From: Minisyncoccia bacterium
GTDB lineage: Bacteria > Patescibacteriota > Minisyncoccia > Phycocordibacterales > Zambryskibacteraceae
DNA length: 64,000 nucleotides
Assembly (NCBI GenBank): GCA_041742965.1
Contig: JBGTNQ010000004.1
Span: forward strand, 70,241-134,240
Direction of reading: 5' to 3'
A model generated the notes under the pieces. The model was not told the origin of the DNA, made no database searches, and saw only the letters and a list, made by a program, of their open reading frames with translations. Shown here piece by piece: positions 8,847-18,620 of the stretch (its first letter is position 1; every line of letters begins with the position of its first letter). Position numbers and translations under genes: made by a program.

Positions 8847-10379
8847 ATGGCATTCGCAAAAGTACATAGCGCCCAAACATCGCTTCTCTCTGCACATATA
8901 GTCGACATAGAAGTTGACCTTTCTAAAGGACTCAATGCTTTTACTTTAGTTGGACTTCCTGACAAAGCGGTGGAAGAATCGCGTGACAGAGTTTCTTCTG
9001 CTATTAAACATAGCGGTTTTACTTCTCCTAAAAGCACCAAACAAAAAATAGTGATTGCTCTGGCCCCAGCTGACCTGAAGAAAGAGGGGCCTATTTTTGA
9101 TTTGGGTATCGCTATTGCCTATCTAATCGCAGGTGAAAATGTAAAAGCTGATACAGAAAAAACTCTCTTTCTTGGAGAATTATCTCTCGATGGTAAACTT
9201 CGACCAATACGAGGAGCCCTACCTATAGTACTCGAAGCAAAAAAGAAAGGTTTTAATGAGGTGTTTCTGCCGAGAGAAAACGCGGAGGAGGGGGCACTCG
9301 TAGAGGGAATTGAAATATTTGGCGCAGGGTCACTGGGCGAAGTAGTGGAACATATACAAAAAGAAAGTGACAAAAAAATAGTGTCTCAACCAAAAACAGA
9401 ATTACCAAAAAATACCAACCACGAAGAGAGGGTGAGTTTCCAAGATGTTAGAGGTCAAGAACATGTAAAGAGGGGTTTGGAAATTGCCGCTGCTGGAGGT
9501 CACAATATTGCTCTTTACGGTCCACCGGGAACTGGGAAAACGATGCTTGCAAAGGCATTTGTGCATATTCTGCCTCCACTTTCTTTTGATGAAACATTAG
9601 AAGTAACTGCTATCCATTCCGTAGCCGGACTTTTGAAGGGGCCACTTGTTACAGACCCGCCCCTTCGCTCCCCACACCATACAGCTTCATATGTGGCTAT
9701 TGTTGGAGGTGGGGCGACTCCAAAACCGGGAGAAATTACTTTGGCACACAGGGGAGTTCTCTTTTTAGATGAATTTCCTGAATTTGAAAGACGGGTTATT
9801 GATTCTTTAAGACAGCCCCTCGAAGACAGAGTGGTTTCTGTTACCCGAGCAAAAGGAAGTGCTCATTTTCCTACAAATTTTATTCTTATAGCAGCCATGA
9901 ATCCATGTCCTTGCGGAAATTATGGCTTTAGAGGAAAAGAATGTGTCTGTAACCCCGCAGAGCTTTTGCGTTACCAAAAGAAAATTTCTGGACCAATACT
10001 AGAACGCATAGATCTCTGGCTAGATGTTCCGCGTATTGAACATGAGAAGCTCTCTGGAATGCCAACTGGTGAAAATTCAGAAGTGGTAAAAGAGAGGGTA
10101 ATAAAAGCTAGAAATATTCAACGCAAGAGATTAAAAAAACATGGAAGCAACTCAACATTCAACGGCGAAATGAATGTGCGTGATTTAGTCGCCACTGTAG
10201 ATATACCAGAAGAAGCAAAAGAGCTTCTCAATAGCTCAGCAAAATCTCTAGGCCTGTCTCCGCGTGTATATCATAAAGTTATAAAAGTGGCACGCACTAT
10301 TGCAGACTTAGCAGAAAGTGACACTCTCTTACCTGCTCACATACTTGAAGCACTGCAATACAGGCCAAAGAAACAATGA
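8847..10379 (+). CDS. comM: YifB/ComM family Mg-chelatase-like AAA+ ATPase
   Basis: Start taken at MAFAKVHS (ORF track extends to 8817); Lon-like N-domain, Walker A GPPGTGKT, Walker B LFLDEF, C-terminal ComM domain. Confidence 0.8.
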   Translation: MAFAKVHSAQTSLLSAHIVDIEVDLSKGLNAFTLVGLPDKAVEESRDRVSSAIKHSGFTSPKSTKQKIVIALAPADLKKEGPIFDLGIAIAYLIAGENVKADTEKTLFLGELSLDGKLRPIRGALPIVLEAKKKGFNEVFLPRENAEEGALVEGIEIFGAGSLGEVVEHIQKESDKKIVSQPKTELPKNTNHEERVSFQDVRGQEHVKRGLEIAAAGGHNIALYGPPGTGKTMLAKAFVHILPPLSFDETLEVTAIHSVAGLLKGPLVTDPPLRSPHHTASYVAIVGGGATPKPGEITLAHRGVLFLDEFPEFERRVIDSLRQPLEDRVVSVTRAKGSAHFPTNFILIAAMNPCPCGNYGFRGKECVCNPAELLRYQKKISGPILERIDLWLDVPRIEHEKLSGMPTGENSEVVKERVIKARNIQRKRLKKHGSNSTFNGEMNVRDLVATVDIPEEAKELLNSSAKSLGLSPRVYHKVIKVARTIADLAESDTLLPAHILEALQYRPKKQ

Positions 10380-10391
10380 ACGGAGATTAAT

Positions 10392-10420
10392 AAAAAACCG
10401 CCCATAAGGGCAGTTTTTTA
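10392..10420. terminator. bidirectional intrinsic terminator between convergent comM and the M23 peptidase gene
   Basis: AAAAACCGCCCATAAGGGCAGTTTTTT: GC stem with flanking A/T runs. Confidence 0.5.
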
Positions 10421-10468
10421 TTGCGTCCCTCGACTTCGCTCGGGACATTCTAATAACACAAGGTGTTA

Positions 10469-11425
10469 TTAGAATGGATTCTTTGCTCCACGAATCTCAA
10501 AGTGTAGGTGGGCGCCAGTAGCTTTACCAGTAGAGCCAACATATCCGATAAGATCACCTTGATCTACAAACGAGCCCTGAGAAATCGCTGTGCTACTCAT
10601 ATGGGCGTAAAGAGTTTGCGTGTCGTTACCATGTTCAATAACCACATAACTTCCATATCCACCATTCCATCCACCATTTCGACTTATAATAACTTTTCCT
10701 GAAGCAGAGGCCACGATCGAAGTGCCAGCCGGCGGGGCAATATCAACAGCGTTATATCCATGAATTCCCTGAGTCTTCACACCGCTCGTAGGCCTAATAT
10801 AGTAACCACCAGATACTGAAACTTGGGTGACGGAGCCAGACGATGAACGAGCCGCGCTTTGAGAAGAGCTTGTTGGTTGAGCCAAAACAGAGCCATTTGG
10901 AACAATAATTATATCTCCAATGGAAAGAACGGAGCCCTCCGTAACGTCGTTATATTTCATAATCTCATCGATATCCCCTTTATATATTTTAGCGATGGAC
11001 TGAAGTGTATCCTTTGCTTTTACCGTATGACGAACACCTGATACTGGCAATATAACGAGTGTTTGGCCCGGACTAATCGTAGAGCCAGATATGTCATTGC
11101 TCCAACGAATCGTATTTATAGAAACATCAAACATGTCTGCAATTTGTGAAAGTGTGTCTCCTTCGCGAACGACATAAACACTAATTTGATCTGAAGAGAA
11201 ACTACTTTTACTACCGACAAGTTCACCAAAAGGACTGCTATCGGGCAAAAGGGCGCTACCCTCAACAATTGTAATTTCGGCCCCGCCTTGAAATGGGTTT
11301 GGGTCTACGCTCAAAGAAGCCTGTAAAAGGGGTATCGTCTGAGAGTTATAAACTTTAGGAGTAATTTGATTTTCTTTAGGAGAGGATATTCCTGAAACAA
11401 AAGACAATAAGCCCGCCTGAACCAA
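10469..11425 (-). CDS. LysM-domain M23 family metallopeptidase
   Basis: 318 aa; two LysM repeats (GDTLSQIADMF..., KDTLQSIAKIY...) and a C-terminal M23 motif (HMSS...GYVGSTGKATGAHLHFEI). Confidence 0.8.
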   Translation of the reverse strand: MVQAGLLSFVSGISSPKENQITPKVYNSQTIPLLQASLSVDPNPFQGGAEITIVEGSALLPDSSPFGELVGSKSSFSSDQISVYVVREGDTLSQIADMFDVSINTIRWSNDISGSTISPGQTLVILPVSGVRHTVKAKDTLQSIAKIYKGDIDEIMKYNDVTEGSVLSIGDIIIVPNGSVLAQPTSSSQSAARSSSGSVTQVSVSGGYYIRPTSGVKTQGIHGYNAVDIAPPAGTSIVASASGKVIISRNGGWNGGYGSYVVIEHGNDTQTLYAHMSSTAISQGSFVDQGDLIGYVGSTGKATGAHLHFEIRGAKNPF

Positions 11426-11752
11426 AATAGGGGTAGACAGAATAATGAGCGTAATTATGAGGTTTTTGACACGGAATCCGGTATGAATTTGGACGGTTCT
11501 GGGAAGACTTCTTAAGCTACGAAGTTTCGATGCTATCGATTTAAGTAAAATAGGCCTAAGATTAATGATAATTCTGGAGCTCTGAAGAAAATATGGCTCA
11601 ACAGAGCCAAAAATTTGTCTTCAGATAATCTGTAATATTTTTCGAGTACCCGATAAGTATATCAAAAATGACCTTGCGGTCAATCAACATTACATGGTCT
11701 TGTGGATACTGAAATGAGCTTAAAACAGAGCCTATTTTGACCTTGTGATATA

Positions 11753-13708
11753 GTGTTCTCAATGAATAAACTCCCTCAATTAAATCCCGCCCAAATGGAA
11801 GCGGTAACTTCAACCAACGGACCACTTTTAATACTGGCTGGAGCTGGAGCTGGAAAAACAAAAACGCTAACAGAGAGGGTTGTTGAGATTGTAAAAGGCG
11901 GAGTGTCTCCATCACAAATTTTGGCAATCACTTTTACCAATAAAGCTGCCAATGAAATGCGAGAAAGGATTTTTCAAAGACTTTCAGGTGAAGAGACGCT
12001 CAATAATCCAATTTCATCTGACGAAAGACCATTCGTAAGCACATTTCATTCACTTGGAGTACATATAATTAAAGAGAATTCCCATTTTCTTGGACTTCCG
12101 AGGTTTTTTGGAATTTTTGACAAGGGAGATTCAAAACGCGCAGTCAAAAAGGCCGTTCAAGACATTGGACTAGACCCCAAACAATACGATCCGGGTAAAA
12201 TCATGAACATAATATCTAAAGAAAAAGGCTCTGGTCAGACACTTGAAGAATTTGAATCTAAAACAGAAGGTGAATTTTTCCCAACAATAGTAGCGAAAGT
12301 ATGGAGAAAATATGAGGAAACCCTGAAAGAAGAAAAGGCCTTGGACTTTGATGATTTACTGTTGTACACCGTTAAACTTTTGGATAATGAAAAAATAAGA
12401 GAGCACTATCACGGGGTATGGAAATATATTCATATAGACGAGTATCAAGACACAAACGGTGCTCAGTATCACATTGCAAAAAGATTGGCCGAGGGGGGGC
12501 GTAATATTTGTGTTGTGGGAGACGCTGACCAAAATATTTATAGTTGGAGAGGGGCTCAAATAAAAAATATACTAAATTTCGAAAAGGACTATCCGGATGC
12601 AAAAATAATCATCCTAGAAGAAAACTATCGCTCAACCCAAAAGATTCTCCTTGCAGCTAATCAAATTATTGCAAAAAATACCTTCAGAAAAGAAAAAAAC
12701 TTATTCACAAAAAACGAAGAAGGAGAACATATTTCTCTCTTTGAAGGATTCGACGAAGCCAGTGAAGCTGAGTTTGTGGCAACTCAATCAGAAAAATTAA
12801 TTGCCGGTGGAGTAAAGCCAGAAGAAATCGCTGTTCTTTATAGAGCCAACTTTCAATCGAGGGCTATTGAGGAAGCTTTTTTGGCATATGATGTTTCATA
12901 CCAGCTTATCGGTACGAAGTTTTTTGAAAGAAAAGAAGTAAGAGACATACTCTCTTATATAAGAGCGGGACTTGAACCAGAATCACTTTCTGACATAAAA
13001 CGCATTATAAATGTTCCAGCCAGAGGAATCGGCAAAGTGACTATTTTAAAAATATTTGAAGGAAAGGCCCCCACTTTGCCGAAAGCCACTCTTCTAAAAT
13101 ATCAATCTTTCCAAAAGCTTCTTGAGAAAATAGGCGAATATGCCAGAGAAAAAAAGCCAAGTGAAACAGTAAAGTTCGTTATGAAAGAAGCGGGACTTGA
13201 AGAAATGTTAAAGAGCGGAGGAGAGGAGGATATAGAAAGATTGGAAAATATGCGCGAACTTGTCACCTTAGCCACCAGATATGATGGCTTACCTGTCCCA
13301 GAAGGAATAGAGCAATTCCTGACAAATGCGGCCCTACAAAGCGACCAAGACGAACTTGAAAAGCCGACAAATGGTGTAAAACTTATGACGGTCCACGCAT
13401 CAAAAGGTCTTGAATTTGACTATGTATTTATTACTGGTCTTGAGGATAATTTATTTCCACACAAAAGGATTGAGGAAAGTGCAATAGCAAATGAAGACGA
13501 CGAGGAGGAAAGAAGGCTTTTTTATGTCGCTCTTACTCGTGCAAGAAAAAAAATATTTCTCTCATATGCCCAAATGCGTACAATTTTCGGATCTAAACAA
13601 GTAAATATCCCTTCCGAATTTATCTTTGATATGCCAGAAGAAATTCTTGTCAGAGAAGAGGGGACTTATGGACTTCTGCGCAAACCACTGTTTAGCATTG
13701 ATTTTTAA
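11753..13708 (+). CDS. pcrA: ATP-dependent DNA helicase PcrA/UvrD family
   Basis: Motif I GAGAGKT, TFHS, DEYQDTN and the VHASKGLEFD motif; true start possibly at MNKLPQ (11762). Confidence 0.85.
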   Translation: MFSMNKLPQLNPAQMEAVTSTNGPLLILAGAGAGKTKTLTERVVEIVKGGVSPSQILAITFTNKAANEMRERIFQRLSGEETLNNPISSDERPFVSTFHSLGVHIIKENSHFLGLPRFFGIFDKGDSKRAVKKAVQDIGLDPKQYDPGKIMNIISKEKGSGQTLEEFESKTEGEFFPTIVAKVWRKYEETLKEEKALDFDDLLLYTVKLLDNEKIREHYHGVWKYIHIDEYQDTNGAQYHIAKRLAEGGRNICVVGDADQNIYSWRGAQIKNILNFEKDYPDAKIIILEENYRSTQKILLAANQIIAKNTFRKEKNLFTKNEEGEHISLFEGFDEASEAEFVATQSEKLIAGGVKPEEIAVLYRANFQSRAIEEAFLAYDVSYQLIGTKFFERKEVRDILSYIRAGLEPESLSDIKRIINVPARGIGKVTILKIFEGKAPTLPKATLLKYQSFQKLLEKIGEYAREKKPSETVKFVMKEAGLEEMLKSGGEEDIERLENMRELVTLATRYDGLPVPEGIEQFLTNAALQSDQDELEKPTNGVKLMTVHASKGLEFDYVFITGLEDNLFPHKRIEESAIANEDDEEERRLFYVALTRARKKIFLSYAQMRTIFGSKQVNIPSEFIFDMPEEILVREEGTYGLLRKPLFSIDF

Positions 13709-13720
13709 ATAAAAATAATT

Positions 13721-14551
13721 ATGGAAGGATATTTTAGAAAAAAGAAATCTCTCGGGCAAAATTTTTTGAAAAGCAGGGGCGCCGTAAAAAACATTGTGAT
13801 CTCTGGAGATATAAAAGATGGAGATATGGTGCTAGAAATCGGTCCCGGCAAGGGAGTGCTCACAGAGGCATTACTCGCAACTCCGGCCAAAGTTATTGCT
13901 GTTGAGAAAGACAATCGCTTAATACCAGTGCTTGAAAAAAAATTTGAAAAAGAAATTCAAGAAAAAAAACTTATTCTTTTACATGGAGATATATTAGAAA
14001 CGCCAATAGAGGACATCATAAAAGGAGGTGAGTACAAAGTTATTGCAAATATACCCTACTACATTACTGGGGCCTTGTTTAGGCTTTTTCTTGAGAATGA
14101 AAATCCTCCGTCAAGAATGGTGGTGCTTGTGCAAAAAGAGGTAGCCCAAAGAATCGTAGCCAAGGACAAAAAAGAAAGTCTACTTTCGCTCAGTATAAAA
14201 GCTTATGGAAAGCCGAAGATTATAGACAAGGTCAGTAAAAAAATGTTTAGTCCGCAACCAAAAGTTGACTCGGCAATACTGCTCGTATCTGATATAAACA
14301 AAAGCTTTTTTTCCACACAAAATAGATCTGTATCGGACGAACAAAGCTTAAGTGAACAAGAGTTTTTCAAATTGCTTCGCGCGGGTTTTTCTCAAAAAAG
14401 AAAAAAGTTAATACGCAATCTAGAAGCAGTTGCTCAAAAAGAAAATTTGGAGAGAATATTTCTAGAAAATAAACTAGACCCAAATTCTAGGGCCGAAGAT
14501 TTATCTTTAGAGCAGTGGAGAAATCTATATAATGTGACCAGGAAAACTTGA
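13721..14551 (+). CDS. rsmA: 16S rRNA (adenine1518/1519-N6)-dimethyltransferase
   Basis: 276 aa; SLGQNFL, EIGPGKG and NIPY motifs of KsgA. Confidence 0.9.
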   Translation: MEGYFRKKKSLGQNFLKSRGAVKNIVISGDIKDGDMVLEIGPGKGVLTEALLATPAKVIAVEKDNRLIPVLEKKFEKEIQEKKLILLHGDILETPIEDIIKGGEYKVIANIPYYITGALFRLFLENENPPSRMVVLVQKEVAQRIVAKDKKESLLSLSIKAYGKPKIIDKVSKKMFSPQPKVDSAILLVSDINKSFFSTQNRSVSDEQSLSEQEFFKLLRAGFSQKRKKLIRNLEAVAQKENLERIFLENKLDPNSRAEDLSLEQWRNLYNVTRKT

Positions 14552-14926
14552 ACCGACATCAAATATAACTCCGTCAGTAAAAAGGGGAACACATGCCGGT
14601 GGAACCCCAACCATACACGGCACTGGACCAGGAATAAACTTACCAAGATTCCACGCCGTTGGTGGCGGAAGAATTAAAAATTGCTGGTAAGCATATCTAA
14701 TAGTCACTGGAGTTAAAAGTAGGGCGTGGAAAACAAAAGGATACTGAACTGGATGAAGAATTATCGGCATATATTGCACCCTTACAGTACCAGGCAACAT
14801 ACAAGTACACGGAACTGAAAGCACAACATAACCACCAAATGGAAGACCGGCAAGCTGAGCAAACGAAAAAGCCGGTTGAAATAAAAAAGCCGCCAAAATT
14901 AAGAATGAAAATAAGATTTTTTTCAT
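14525..14926 (-). CDS. small secreted hypothetical protein (signal peptide, Cys/Pro-rich)
   Basis: 133 aa; N-terminal MKKILFSFLILAAFLFQPAFSFA signal-like segment. Confidence 0.4.
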   Translation of the reverse strand: MKKILFSFLILAAFLFQPAFSFAQLAGLPFGGYVVLSVPCTCMLPGTVRVQYMPIILHPVQYPFVFHALLLTPVTIRYAYQQFLILPPPTAWNLGKFIPGPVPCMVGVPPACVPLFTDGVIFDVGSSFPGHII

Positions 14927-14942
14927 ATATCTTTATACTAAC

Positions 14943-15986
14943 CTAAAACTCTAAACTTATTGGTTGGCCCTGTGAAGAGAGACCCACGCTCGTTTGAACA
15001 TTTAGAAAAATGTTCAATGAATAATTACTCGTTTTTATATTTCTATATATATTCTCTACTTGTGAAAATGATGGAAAATGCCTTAAATTTATTTTTATAG
15101 TTTTTCCATCTGTTGATGGAATATTCTCTATAAGACCTAGTTCAGAAAATACTCTGTTATTTTCTTTGTCAAAATTTTCTCCTTTTATAACTATAATCTG
15201 TTCGCTAGAAATACTTAGGGAGCTCGGCTCAACAGACATCACCTTCGGCAAATCTTTTGTTTTTTCTGAAACAGAAAAATAATTTCCAAAAGAGCGGTCA
15301 AAACTATTTCCATTTTTATTTAGAATAGACAAATTATATGAACCGTAAGGAAGCCACTCCGGAACCGTAAAAGAAAGTGTTGCCCCATCTTTACTAGAGA
15401 CAGAATCGATTGTTTTGGTGACCCCAAGAAAGTAAATAGAGTTATCAGAGTAATCAAAATTACTACCAAAGACAGTTACATCTGACCCCCTAGACACATT
15501 GTATCTAGAAAGTCCCAAAACCTTTGGGGCTGAATTATTTGTGGTTATGTTCGGAACGCTCATATCCAAAGCAGATATAGTAGATTGTGGAACCGCACCG
15601 TCTGGAATATCAGACGCAACTAAATTTATACTATTCTGAGGATTTGATACTACAGACTCAGAAATCTTATTTAACTTCGCCAAGGTGTATTGGCCAATAA
15701 AGCCCGTGCCCTTGTATAAACCTATAGGGAAAAGAACCTCTGGGGCATAAAGTTCTTGAAATTTAATAACTGCTGTTCTGGTCATTTGACCGAAGTAGTT
15801 TGTTTCACTCCCAAGGGAACCGGGGCCAGATACCGCCACACGAGTAATAGGATTTTTATTCAAAATCCTCTGAAGCTCTCTGACATCCTCACCCTGAAGA
15901 CCAAATGATAAATTCCTATCGAAAACGAGAGCGCTAACAAATAGTGGCAAAAATATGGTAATTATTAAAAAAAAAGACTTGTTCAT
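14943..15986 (-). CDS. secreted protein with peptidoglycan-binding (PG_binding_1-like) domain
   Basis: 347 aa; signal peptide, then GEDVRELQRILNK...TAVIKFQ as in PG-binding domain 1. Confidence 0.5.
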   Translation of the reverse strand: MNKSFFLIITIFLPLFVSALVFDRNLSFGLQGEDVRELQRILNKNPITRVAVSGPGSLGSETNYFGQMTRTAVIKFQELYAPEVLFPIGLYKGTGFIGQYTLAKLNKISESVVSNPQNSINLVASDIPDGAVPQSTISALDMSVPNITTNNSAPKVLGLSRYNVSRGSDVTVFGSNFDYSDNSIYFLGVTKTIDSVSSKDGATLSFTVPEWLPYGSYNLSILNKNGNSFDRSFGNYFSVSEKTKDLPKVMSVEPSSLSISSEQIIVIKGENFDKENNRVFSELGLIENIPSTDGKTIKINLRHFPSFSQVENIYRNIKTSNYSLNIFLNVQTSVGLSSQGQPISLEF

Positions 15987-16092
15987 TCATTACATTATAC
16001 ACGAATGCATTCTCGTATATTTTGTCCACACACTAAAAACAAAAGGTGGAGTAAATTAGCTTTATTTATTGCTATAATAAATCTACAAAACC

Positions 16093-17001
16093 TTGAATCT
16101 TCCTTCTAAAAAGCTTTTTTTGTTTGCTATGCCCATTATTATAATAATCGGAGTTTTTGTGTTGGTGAAAGAACCAACTACGGACAGCGGGCAACAGACA
16201 ACGAAGGCGGGTCCTGAGGTAGTGGATATACAAAACTCAATCATAAATGAAGTGGATACAGACGGAGATGGTTTGAAAGATTGGGAAGAATTAATATGGA
16301 AAACGGATCCAAATAATCCTAAAACTCATGAGGGTTACGAGAATGACTCTGCCTATGTTAGTGCACAACTCGCATTGATGAAAAATAATCCAAGCGTGTA
16401 TGCCGGAATGGGCCCGATTGAAACCACGGAAGACTTGAGCAAACAACTATTTGAAGAATATCTGTTATTAAAACAGACCGGCAATCTAACTCCGGATGAC
16501 ATAGCGAGATTAACCCAAAGGATCAGGCTGAATATAGAGTCTTCGACGGATATTTCTTTTTATTCTGCTGATAAGTTAAAAACTTTCCCATCATCAGACA
16601 AACAAAAACTCCAAAAATACGCAGACGAATTGTCTAATACTATCAACCAATATACAACTCTGTACATGCAACAAGTACAGAACAGCAACATAACAAACAC
16701 CACTGTATTAAATGAAATTGTAGGCCTGGGTGCCGATATCTACCTAAGACTGTCTGAATCAATTATGAAAATGGAAGTTCCGATTGAATTGGCGTCGACT
16801 CATACACAATACGCAAACGATCTCAGAAAAAGCTCCGTTTCATTGGACGGTTTGCTCAGCCAATCAAAAGACCCACTCCAATCAATAGTAGGCCTACAAA
16901 AACACACCGACGCACAAAATTCGAGACAGGGAACAGCGAATACGATAAGTAATTTTTTAATTCAAAATGGTATAATGTCTTTTAATATGTTAGCGCTCTA
17001 A
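16093..17001 (+). CDS. membrane-anchored hypothetical protein with a DxDGDG calcium-binding-like motif
   Basis: 302 aa; N-terminal TM helix; VDTDGDGLKDWEEL motif. Confidence 0.4.
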   Translation: MNLPSKKLFLFAMPIIIIIGVFVLVKEPTTDSGQQTTKAGPEVVDIQNSIINEVDTDGDGLKDWEELIWKTDPNNPKTHEGYENDSAYVSAQLALMKNNPSVYAGMGPIETTEDLSKQLFEEYLLLKQTGNLTPDDIARLTQRIRLNIESSTDISFYSADKLKTFPSSDKQKLQKYADELSNTINQYTTLYMQQVQNSNITNTTVLNEIVGLGADIYLRLSESIMKMEVPIELASTHTQYANDLRKSSVSLDGLLSQSKDPLQSIVGLQKHTDAQNSRQGTANTISNFLIQNGIMSFNMLAL

Positions 17002-17002
17002 T

Positions 17003-18613
17003 ATGAAAAAAATCAATCTGTTATTTAAGAAAATTTTTGCTGTAATTCTCCTCCTGTCTTTCATAATCCCGGTAAGTTTTGTGTCAGCGTTGGGTCCAAT
17101 TATACCAGGAATTGCAGGGGATATACTTCCTCCAGTTCCAACATCAGATGCAGCCATAAGAAACAAAGAAGTCGGTATAACAATATTAGGATTCACAATT
17201 CCGGGAGTCACACTAGATGGACTAATGATACTTTTCGTTCGAGAAATGATTGAAAAGCTTTCCGATGCCACTGTTGACTGGATAAATAACAGAGATACAG
17301 ATGAGGGGGGACCGGCCTTTGCAGTAGACCTTGAGGGATTTCTAAAAACCACGACGGATAAAATTGCAGGAAATATCATAGAAGGAGCTGGCCTTGGAGC
17401 GCTGTGTAGCCCTTTTCAAAACCAAGTAAGAGAAGCTTTGAGATTGTCTTATTCTTTCAACAAAAGAAACGCCGATGATATTGAACCTAGCTGTACACTC
17501 TCTCAAGTGACAAACAATATTGAAGGATTTTTTGCCGGAGACTTTATAGGGGGCGGAGGCTGGGACTCTTGGTTCGTGGTGAGCCAAGACCCAAACGGCA
17601 ACCCTTTTTCTGCAACACTCACCACCAAAGGCATAGTGGCTAGAAAGGTTTCTGAAGAATTAAATGTGGAAGACAAAAATTTAGCTTGGAGTGACGGGTT
17701 TTTCAACAGCAGAGACTGTATTAGATACCAAACATCAGATCCCACTGTTTGTGCCGAATTCGGTCCAACAAAAACCCCAGGAACACTTATAGAGGGGCAA
17801 TTGCAAAAAGTTTTGGGATCCGAAATAGACCAATTAAACTTGGCAGATGAGTTTGATGAAATCCTTGCTGCGTTGGCCGGAATGCTTATGAATAGCGTAT
17901 TTAATCGTGGAGGAATAATTGATAACAGTAGTTTATCGGGAAGAGCCACGACTGGTGGTATTAATAATCGACCCCTTGTCGGTGGATGTACGCCAAATAA
18001 GGCATCCACCGTTATTACTGATGCAGAAACGGTAATATGGGCTTATGTTGGCGGACAGAATGTATCTCTCGTTTGGAATGGAGAAGGAATAAGTGGATTA
18101 ACAGATAGAAGTGTCAGTGTCGTATACACAACCCCCGGAACAAAAACAGTTACTGTGCAAGTGACGAGACTAGATGCTAATGGAGCCCCTGTAGGGGCAC
18201 CAGAAACTATACAATGTAGTCAATCTGTGAGAGTTGATAAATTTGCACCACTTGCAGTAAGTTGTGCCATAAGTTCCCCACAGGTGAAAATTGGCGAAAT
18301 TGGCACTTGGACAATAACAATAACCGGCGGATCTGGAAGTATAGCCAATGTAATCTTGGGTGGCGATGTCCTGCACGATATCAACCCCCAACCCTATGAC
18401 GTTAAAATATTGCCTTGGCCAGTCCAAACTCAAGCAAACGGCGTAACAACATTGGTTTACAACATTAGATACTTTTTCCCTATTCCAGTTCTTGCTGACG
18501 GAGGAAATAGGATTGGCTCAAGAACATTTACTCTAACTGTCATAGACGCTGACACATCAGTTCCTGTATTAAATGAGTTTCGATGTCCATTCCAAATTGC
18601 AATTGTTCCATAA
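17003..18613 (+). CDS. large secreted hypothetical protein (first gene of the T4SS-like operon)
   Basis: 536 aa; cleavable-looking signal peptide, Gly/Thr-rich beta-type C-terminal half. Confidence 0.45.
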   Translation: MKKINLLFKKIFAVILLLSFIIPVSFVSALGPIIPGIAGDILPPVPTSDAAIRNKEVGITILGFTIPGVTLDGLMILFVREMIEKLSDATVDWINNRDTDEGGPAFAVDLEGFLKTTTDKIAGNIIEGAGLGALCSPFQNQVREALRLSYSFNKRNADDIEPSCTLSQVTNNIEGFFAGDFIGGGGWDSWFVVSQDPNGNPFSATLTTKGIVARKVSEELNVEDKNLAWSDGFFNSRDCIRYQTSDPTVCAEFGPTKTPGTLIEGQLQKVLGSEIDQLNLADEFDEILAALAGMLMNSVFNRGGIIDNSSLSGRATTGGINNRPLVGGCTPNKASTVITDAETVIWAYVGGQNVSLVWNGEGISGLTDRSVSVVYTTPGTKTVTVQVTRLDANGAPVGAPETIQCSQSVRVDKFAPLAVSCAISSPQVKIGEIGTWTITITGGSGSIANVILGGDVLHDINPQPYDVKILPWPVQTQANGVTTLVYNIRYFFPIPVLADGGNRIGSRTFTLTVIDADTSVPVLNEFRCPFQIAIVP

Positions 18614-18620
18614 AAATTAA

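Noticed and set aside
16990-17379. 129-aa minus-strand ORF overlapping the start of the secreted-protein gene
   Set aside because: Overlaps a better-supported plus-strand gene with signal peptide and operon context
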